The notes below the pieces were generated by a model, which made no database searches, was not told the origin of the DNA, and was given only the letters and a program-made list of their open reading frames with translations. DNA of 63,202 nucleotides, filler included, from Octopus bimaculoides (Eukaryota), in assembly GCF_001194135.2 (NCBI RefSeq). It is 4 parts of 4 records of this genome, joined end to end, with 100 filler letters (N's around TTAATTAATTAA, not from the genome) between each part and the next. Parts side by side here need not be neighbours in the genome. Positions count along the whole stretch, not along the records: positions 36,765 to 62,074 come from NC_069005.1; positions 62,175 to 63,202 come from NW_026372419.1; 2 more parts are not named here. The stretch is one strand, 5' to 3'. Positions 54,080-63,202 of this stretch are shown here, piece after piece; the first letter of the stretch is position 1; the number at the start of each line of letters is the position of its first letter. A program made the position numbers and the translations under genes.

Positions 54080-55500
54080 AAAACTATGACTTTCGTACTC
54101 GTCTGACATTGGCAAGAAAATCTTTTAGTAATGACCTCTTCTGTTATGTATTTAAGATAACTATCGCAATTGGGAAGTTCAAGCTTTTGACACAAATAAT
54201 GAAATTATATCCAACTGTAAATAATATTAATATAGACAGAAAGAAAAAGAAAAGAATGATTGACAGACAGACAGACAGACAGGCAGAGATCTACTTATCT
54301 GAGAATGTACTGTGTGTGTATTAAAGGAGGTAAACTTTTTAGGCTGGTGGTGGAGGAAGGAGTACAGATGTTGAACGTAGAAACATTAAACGAAACAACT
54401 GATGGTGAATGAATTGAAAATGTGCTTCACACAACCTTGACACTTGAAGATGTTCCACAAAATAAACTCGATAGTATTCTAAGGAATGGATCGCCTAAAA
54501 TGTCAGGAAAAATACAAGATTTATTGCACTTATAAAAGTGCTCCTAGCTTTTCAGAGGTTCTCTGTTCATTGCATGCATTTTAAGTGTAAAGATAAAGCA
54601 TCTGTCCTTGATATTAAGTTCTTACATTTAAATGGAAAGACACATTTCAAAATTTTATTAAAGAATTCGGTGTTGGATATGAACTCATTTATGTCCTTCT
54701 CCATTGCTTTAAATTAGTTTGTGGATCTATTTCAGTTTGTAACTACTTTTCTTAAAGATAAATATCCTATCGCCAACAGGGAAATGATGAACGGATGCAA
54801 GATCTGATGTTCCTTTATGATGTAATAAATAATCAAAGAACTCTTAACTTGGATCTCCAAGCAAAGATAACACTGTTTCAGGTTTTAATGACGCAATTTT
54901 CATCTTTCAGAATAAAATAAGTTTTCAAAGAGACATATTTACAAGAAACTTGAGTCCCGTTATCAATCTCAATGTAAGAATAAATCCATTCCTGAAATTG
55001 AAATAAAAGACAACACACTGGAAGAATACAAAAATAGATTACAAGAATGACTTGATAATTTTCTAAACAGGATTAATAATTTAAGTCGAAGTTCCGTTTT
55101 GCTTTCTTCGGAAATTCATTCATGGTTGCTGATGGTCAACTTTCAAAACTCTGTTAGTAAAATGAATTGCTGTTGAAATGGAATTAATCCAATTACAGAA
55201 AAGCCTCTGTCGAACGATGTCCTATAAATCCCAGTTGGCAACTAAGTTCTAAGAACAAGTTCTAAAAATAGATACTCTTTACTAAAGAAAATTAAAGTGT
55301 GTCTCATCCCAATTGTAATTCACATCTCCCTGCTGGGAATTGCCGTTCTCTTTAATGAAGTTTCTCAAGTCGGACTATTGTGCAATTAACATCTGACCGA
55401 GTTAATTCCTAAAGATCTGGCAAAAATAACAGCGACATTTACAAATGACTCAGCCAAAACGAAGGTCAGTGACTTTAATAAGATGGGAGTTAAAGCATTT
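54080..55500 (+). mobile_element. Decayed hAT transposase (GTF2IRD2/SPIN-type)
   Basis: 'NKLDSILRNGSPKMSGK' (about KLVSI.TDGAP.M.GK), 'QDLMFLYDV....TLNLDLQAK', 'IFIFQNKI.FQRDI', 'EMELIQLQ' and 'KSDY' occur in the expected order. Interrupted by stops and a (GACA)n tract. Confidence 0.65.
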
Positions 55501-56613
55501 AGTTTTTTCCTAAAAAAAAAAAACGACACAACTGTGAATCTGTAAGGAAGTATTTAATTAAAATGTATCTGATTTTATTGAGTTTTTTTTTTTGTTTATT
55601 TGGCTGTTTTGTTTTTGTTGTGTTTATTTCGGTGTCTTCTTTTTGTTGCTTTGTTTTGCTTTTTGTTTTGAATTCCGTATCTTTTTACAGATTTTCCACC
55701 AGCTTTTGACCAGATATTCACTAAGGAAACTAAACATCACAGTTTCCACCCACCACCCACACCCCGCCATTACTTGTGACAGTTTAATTTGGAAATAATG
55801 AAATGCAAATTCACATCGTTTTCTTGGATGTTTCTGTAATTCACTCCAAAGTTATATACACTCAGTACAGTTAAAAGTAATCGTCAGTCAGCATTCTCAA
55901 ACAGCTTGGTGTGTGTGTGNNNNNNNNNNNNNNNNNNNNNNNNNNNNNNNNNNNNNNNNNNNNNNNNNNNNNNNNNNNNNNNNNNNNNNNNNNNNNNNNN
56001 NNNNNNNNNNNNNNNNNNNNNNNNNNNNNNNNNNNNNNNNNNNNNNNNNNNNNNNNNNNNNNNNNNNNNNNNNNNNNNNNNNNNNNNNNNNNNNNNNNNN
56101 NNNNNNNNNNNNNNNNNNNNNNNNNNNNNNNNNNNNNNNNNNNNNNNNNNNNNNNNNNNNNNNNNNNNNNNNNNNNNNNNNNNNNNNNNNNNNNNNNNNN
56201 NNNNNNNNNNNNNNNNNNNNNNNNNNNNNNNNNNNNNNNNNNNNNNNNNNNNNNNNNNNNNNNNNNNNNNNNNNNNNNNNNNNNNNNNNNNNNNNNNNNN
56301 NNNNNNNNNNNNNNNNNNNNNNNNNNNNNNNNNNNNNNNNNNNNNNNNNNNNNNNNNNNNNNNNNNNNNNNNNNNNNNNNNNNNNNNNNNNNNNNNNNNN
56401 NNNNNNNNNNNNNNNNNNNNNNNNNNNNNNNNNNNNNNNNNNNNNNNNNNNNNNNNNNNNNNNNNNNNNNNNNNNNNNNNNNNNNNNNNNNNNNNNNNNN
56501 NNNNNNNNNNNNNNNNNNNNNNNNNNNNNNNNNNNNNNNNNNNNNNNNNNNNNNNNNNNNNNNNNNNNNNNNNNNNNNNNNNNNNNNNNNNNNNNNNNNN
56601 NNNNNNNNNNNNN

Positions 56614-57355
56614 TGGTGTGTTGCGATGTTTGGTTTAGGTTTGACGTGGTGGAGGACGGGTTGAGAAGCGGGTGGCGACGGGGTAGAAGTGATATAGAGG
56701 TTTATTAGTTAGGGTGTGTCGGTTGGGTTTGGGAAGGTGTTGGGGAAAGGAAGAAGTCAGTTTAGAACCAAAGAGTGGGCATCACAGACGCTAAACAGGA
56801 TTTACTTGTTTAAAATATCAATAACTTCTTAAACACCACCATCATCATCATAGCCAACATTAACGTCACCATCACCACCGACACCAGGAACACCCCAGCC
56901 ACCATCACCGACCGCACCACCACCACCACCTCTGCTTATAAGAGTGCCATAAACACCATCACCACCATTACTGTCAACATCACCACAATAACAACAACTT
57001 CTGCCATCATCACTGCCTCTCCCAGCGGCCTCATACTCAGTCGTCCCACCGCCCCACCGTCGTTCACTTAATCACACCAACACCGCCACCACCATCACCA
57101 TCAACGCCGCCACTACAACACCAACACCACCACCGTATCACATCAGCTGCAACAATATCAACATTCAATCCCAGTAACCTAATTTTATTGACCCTGCTTT
57201 ATAGTTAACTGTCAAATAGATTGTGTACTAACGGATGACTGTGACGGTGGCGGTGACGGTGGTGGAAGGGGGTAGCAAGAATGGTGGTGCTAGTGGTAGT
57301 GATGGTTGCAGGGGGTAGGGATGGCGGTAGTGGTGGTGGTGGTGGTGGTAGTAGG
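56614..57355. repeat. Degenerate (CCA/GGT)n trinucleotide low-complexity tract; similar tracts at 1-90, 40130-40420 and 50587-50750
   Basis: Directly visible. Confidence 0.85.
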
Positions 57356-60300
57356 ATTCGATCGGCCCACCAATATGCATCTGGTATCTAATTTATCGAC
57401 CCCAAAAGGATGAAAGGCAAAGTCGACCTTGGCAGAATTTGAACTCAGAACGTAAAGACAGGAAATACCGCTAAGCATTTCGCCCGGCGTGCTAACGATT
57501 CTGCCAGCTCGCCGCCTTTAACTGTCACAATATAGAAACAGTTCTCATGGCACCAGCACACAATTTACAGATGCTCACATTTTATACATTTTCCGTGAAT
57601 GTTTCATGGGTCCAGCTAGTTATTATTCAGCGTTAATTATTGCCTACTTTGGTAAGTTGTCATTGTGCTACTACATCTTTCCTTTGTATCACCTTTGCCT
57701 TCTATTCACATTAGTACTTTTGCTAGCATTAACACCATTACAACTACTTGTTGTTGCTGCTGTTGTCAGCGACAGTGCTCGCTCTGTTATGGCCTGTGTT
57801 GTAATTGCTGTCCTAATTATCATCATCTTCTTTGTTCAGATTATCTTCCGTACAGTCGATGGAGTGTTATTGTTGCCTTGACTGCTTGCCCATAGAGAAA
57901 TGACAGGTCCTCGGTATGCTAGCTAAATTGCTGCTGCTGCTGCAATTTGTTGGGGTGGAGGAGGAGAGGATGTTGAATTTAGGGAGATGATCATATAGGC
58001 TGTTTAATTGGTCTATATATATATATATATATATATNNNNNNNNNNNNNNNNNNNNNNNNTATATATATACACATTCCAGGCGTGCGTATTCATAAACAG
58101 TACAAATCCCCGATATAAAACTCGTCATGATAGAAATAAAGATTATATGATAACACTCCATCTACTAGAAATACCAATCAAATCTCCTTCAAATCACACT
58201 CTGCGTATTAACACACACCGAATAATGTAGCTGTAGGTTGTCTACTCAGAAGTAAAAATGAGTAAAACGAATGATCACGGCTGGAAAGCCCTTGATAATG
58301 CGTTTGCTTCATCGGATCTAAGAGGTTAACCAACAACAACTTTTGTCATGATTTCCGAACAGGATATAAAAGAAAAAAACATATCATAATTGGGAGTTAT
58401 TTAGTACAATGAATTTCGGTGAAATGCAACTTATGTTAATTAAACGATAGTTTTATATCTGTGGAAGACTTCTCTTTCGTATGGGATAGGGGAATTTTAA
58501 GTGGAGAATATTTTTGTTTTAGTTTTGTTTTTGTAATTTGTTTTAATTGACATCAATGGAATAATGATGACATCACTCTTTAAAGCATTAACACATGTAC
58601 ATTGATACCCTAATTATGAAAGCTCAACAGTTACTTGACCTGCCAGAAATAGCAACCAAATCTCCCCCAAATCACACTGTCTTGAAAAGGATTTATATAT
58701 TGGACAATGTAGTCCAGTATAAACTATGCCTGAATGAAAGACAGAGCAGTCACGCCTTTGATCAGATGTTGTCTATATGAGAGCTGACCCGGGGTTAAAC
58801 AACAACGAAAAGCATATTAAATAATGTAGCCATTGATACGTTTTTGGTAATCAAGTAAGCTAAAACTTCTTTATATCGTATTCATAAACAGCACAAATCC
58901 CTGATATAAAAATCGCCATAACAGAAATAATTATCATAGAATTCCAAAAAAATAATCAGATTCAGATAATAATCCTTTCTAATACAGGGAAAAAGACTGA
59001 AATTTTGGGGAGCGGGATAGGCGATTACATCGACCCCAGTACTCAACTTATTTTCTCGACTCCGTAAGGATGAAAAGCAAAGTCGACCTCGGTGGTGTTT
59101 CAACTCAGCACGTAACGGCAGACGAAATACCGCTAAGCATTTCGCCCGGCGTGCAAACGACTTTGCCAGCTCACCACCTTACCAAACACACAAATAATGC
59201 CCTAATCCTAATCTCAGCTGCTATCTGTTTCTTGGTTATGCCGTCGCCGACTAAACCGGCAACAGAACATTAGTGCGTACAGAATGAATGGATAAGCCAA
59301 CTGGGCAAATAGATAATGCATGTCCACTACGAATGGATTAACTCAACGAGGAGTCAACAACCAACCATCAAATCTACAAATGGAGTGAGATCCTATGACT
59401 CTCTTGGTTACTCCTGCTCCCGGTTGTCTACCTCAGATGTATAGGCCTTTTACCCAGGGACACCCAAACGAGAAAAACTCCTTAATAAAAGTGGAATACA
59501 TCCAAGGTTGTTTAAATCAGGTCAACATTATTATTATTATCTCTTCTTTTATATTGTCTGAAATGACAGACACGTGTCATTACAAGATTATACTCTATCT
59601 GAATGAAATACGGAATGGCCACGTATGGACAGTCTTTAAACGTAGTCTTTAAACAAGGAAAGATACATTGGCTAATGTTATTCTAGATACACTATGTCAA
59701 AATGATGTACAATAGACAAGGCTGCAGTGTGAGGACTTGGATGGTGGAAAAACCTATCGAAGCACGAGAGAAGTTGCTTGAAACCCGTATAAGGGATGAA
59801 AAAAAAAAAACTTCCCCACATGCATAATTACCTGCAGCGTATGATAAATAATTGCATTCTACAATCTTTATTGAACATTTGCCTCGAATTTGAAACAAAA
59901 GACACAAGCACAAACACAGGCGCGCGCTCTCACACAACCGTGAATAGTGCCAAGACTAATGGTGTACCACTTTCGAAATAATCTAACGCCACAACAGTGT
60001 AATTCTAATGCAACTTTTACGAATTTTTGGCAAGTCCATGACTTTCTTGTGGGAAACCAAGCTGTTCTAGACCAATGCCGCTATTTTTTTTCCATTGGAA
60101 TCTAAAACAATATTTCACTTTATTATATAACAAGACATCGTCTATTTATGTTGAATGGATTTCTACAAAGGAAAGTTTTTTTCACTTTCCTTCTCTGATA
60201 TTTTATTTTCTTCGGCACCAAATACTTCATAATGCTGCCATATTCTACAGCTATTACATTTCACGAAGTAAAAAACGTTAACTTAAAATAAACAAATATT

Positions 60301-61294
60301 AAAACATAAAAATTAAGTTTTTTGTTTAACTACATACACATACACACACGCACACGCACACACACGCACACACATACCTATATATATATATATATATATT
60401 ACTCTTTCACTTGCTTCAGTCATTTGACTGCGGCCATGCTGGATCACCGCTTTTAATCGAACAAATCGACCCCAGGACTAATTCTTTGTAAGCCTAGTAC
60501 TTATTCTATCGGCCTCTTTTGCCGAACCACTAAGTTACTGGGACATAAATACACCAGCCTCAGTTGTCAAGCAATGGTGGGGGGAAACACACACACACAC
60601 ACACACACACAAACATATCTATAATTCTTTCCCCCTCCTTTCTCTCCCTTTCCTTTTTTCTCTCTCATCCCTTCTCTGATTCTTTTTTCTCCTCTTCACC
60701 GTTTTCTATCTGTCTCTCCCTCTTCCTCCTTTACTCTCTTGTTGCTCACGTGTTACCATCGTGCATCTTTTTTCCACACGCATTCATCTTTCTTTAATTC
60801 CGGTTTGTTGCACAGACCAGACGTATTCTTGTCTGTCTCCACCCCTGTCTTTTCTCCTGTCAAAGAATGTTGCTCAGCGTTCGCCACCATACCCCGCCTG
60901 GCTTGGCAGCGCTCACTATTTGTTTCGCTGTCCTGTTTTTGTTACTAACTTTGACCCTCCGCAAAATCCCAAATTTTGTTTTGGTTTGCGGAAGCTTACC
61001 GCCTTATTGATAGAGTACAGAACAGTATCACCCCTCTGATAAAAGTATAATTTATAACACATACACACACGCGCGAACACTCACATCACATCCCATGCAA
61101 ACATATATGTTGGGTTTATTTGTGCTCTAAATATAATGGAAGGATAGCATTTCAATGTTAAGTTCTGTATTAACGGAACCAAGCACACACATACACACAT
61201 ATGTGTGTGCATGTTTATAAGTATATGTTATACATATGTTATATATGTAGTATATATGTGCATATGTATACGTATATATATGTACGTGTATATG

Positions 61295-61363
<69 letters not shown>

Positions 61364-61384
61364 ATGCATTTGTATATGCATACA

Positions 61385-61449
<65 letters not shown>

Positions 61450-62676
61450 GTGTATATGAATATGCGTGTGTATGTGCATATACTTGTCCAGAGAGTGAAT
61501 GTAGAGTGCTTGTGCAAGAGGGGCGGGTGAACAGTGCTTGATGCCTATGCAGGCAGCTTCTGCTTGCTAGTCTGCTATCAACCATTGCCTCCTGCAAACC
61601 TTCTGCTGTAAAAGTGTAGAATGGAGCTTACGGTTCAAGTCTTTTTCTAATGCTGCACAGCCTCTCGACTACCAAGCTTTCTGCACCAACTGTTTGATTT
61701 GACATGAATGCTGGATACGTTGTTGCCCTAGGTTCGACTGTAGGGCATCAGTAGAAGCTCCAAGTGCGAAAGCAAGCAGAGCCACTGATGTGCGGCCACG
61801 TAGAAGTACTTTCTACTGCTGTCCCAGCAATGGATCCAACTATGAATAGCAATATATTTAGGAAGAGGTAACTCCAGAGAGAAGCCATGAAGCTACTTGC
61901 ACCTGGTGGTGTATCATATGTTCATGGGCCCAGGAACAGAGATTGCAGGGAGTGCAAGATTACCTCCTAAAATTACTTGAGAGTGCAAAATCAAAATTTA
62001 CATCCATACTTACTGTTCTCGGGTTTAGAAAACAGTGCGTAGAAAGTGATCCGTACAAAGCAGTTTGAAGTTAGNNNNNNNNNNNNNNNNNNNNNNNNNN
62101 NNNNNNNNNNNNNNNNNNTTAATTAATTAANNNNNNNNNNNNNNNNNNNNNNNNNNNNNNNNNNNNNNNNNNNNTCCTAAGCAAAGACGAATACAGTTGT
62201 ACCATTGGAAGCTATAGGGTCACCAGAACATAACAGATGAGTATTATTTGTAATTCAACAGTACAACATTGTATACATGTATACATATATGTATGTACGT
62301 CATTGTGAGGGGATATATATATATATATATATGATGATGATGATGATACATATATATGTATATTCCCCCTCAAATGTGGTGGCAGTGACTGTTGACGTAC
62401 ATCTGGACACACATATGTACTCACATATATATATGCTTTTGAATCCTTTGATATCCAAGTATGGTTATGCACACAGACACAGACATGTGTATTGGAGTTT
62501 TCTATAACTATTTGTATGACCTTATATACTGTTTGTAGGCTTTTTATGTGCCTTATATTTTTATATTTTCATTTTTCATTTATTTATTCTTATTTTTATT
62601 TTTACTGTATTCTTAGTTTTATTTCTATTTTATTTTTATTTTAATTTTTTACTTTATATTTGTGTTAAATTTTTGT

Positions 62677-62807
62677 GAATCTCTGAAGAGGCCTAGCGAA
62701 TCATGCATGTACCCCAATTTCAGCATTTCATCTGCTAATTACTCTGGCAGGAACTATTCGGATAGAATGGGGCATTCCAACGCTAGGCCGAAACAGCTGT
62801 AAGTTTC
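62677..62807 (+). ncRNA. Type I hammerhead ribozyme with long stem II insertion
   Basis: Stem I GAATCT(62677-82)/AGTTTC(62802-07) with 5/6 pairs. Core CTGAAGA at 62683-89. Perfect 9-bp stem II GGCCTAGCG(62690-98)/CGCTAGGCC(62781-89). GAAA at 62790-93. Palindromic stem III ACAGCTGT, triplet GUA, predicted cleavage after 62801. Confidence 0.82.
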
Positions 62808-62927
62808 TGTTTATTCTCAAATTCCTAATGTACTTTATATTTGTAACCTTCATTGTTAATATAACATGGTATGTCATGAGCATTTGTATATTGTGGTTTT
62901 TGTCATTTTAGTTACAAAATAAATTAA

Positions 62928-62999
62928 TTCAACGGAATACGCTGTCTGCAAGTCGATGGGTACCGCATATTCTCCTCCATTTTCTAATTGCTATATATA
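62928..62999 (+). mobile_element. Penelope-like element RT remnant
   Basis: 'FNGIRCLQVDG', then after a frameshift 'MGTAYSPPFSNCY', resembling the PLE RT motif FNG..Y.Q..G.AMG...(A/S)P..AN. It lies about 120 bp downstream of the hammerhead on the same strand. Short match only. Confidence 0.45.
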
Positions 63000-63202
63000 T
63001 GTAACATATATATAAAGATATAGATATATATATATATATAATATGTAAACATAATTAAGGAATCAGCAACAGTTGCTTCACCACATACAGAAATTCAGAA
63101 ATAGCAGTTAAAGTGGTAAAACTCCAACAGATAGCAATACTTGTAACGCACAAAGGCAAAACAAGAATACATTCATACATACATATAATACATTTATACA
63201 TA

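Noticed and set aside
56830-57881. Thr-rich mucin-like open frame (56830-57070) and hydrophobic 91-aa ORF (57606-57881)
   Set aside because: Both derive from degenerate trinucleotide repeats that lack stops by composition; there is no domain or splice support.

Overview
AT-rich, microsatellite-saturated animal genomic DNA from a gapped draft scaffold. The SINE and LINE families and the (TA)n/(CA)n/(TACA)n density suggest an octopus or other cephalopod; this is an inference. The gap-free stretch 16609-36664 holds two convergent spliced genes. One is the 3' three exons of a carnosine-synthase-like (CARNS1/ATPGD1) tandem ATP-grasp ligase (+, 17006-22314). The other is a small secreted protein with a signal peptide, a 12-Cys IGFBP-type N-domain and a 6-Cys thyroglobulin type-1 domain (-, 33498-27572), mostly missed by the ORF track. 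The rest is transposon debris: a near full-length RTE LINE, R4/Dong-like RLE retroelements, RTE-X, CR1/L2, mariner and hAT remnants, and many tRNA-derived SINEs. The main hidden signal is a set of type I hammerhead-ribozyme motifs with palindromic stem III, probably from Penelope-like elements or retrozymes. These are an intact-looking copy at 62677-62807, an inverted pair at 41158-41492, and variant or decayed copies at 611, 5897 and 52952. Most long ORFs in the track are artefacts of N-gaps and microsatellites. There are no rRNA genes, true tRNA genes or CRISPR arrays that I can support.
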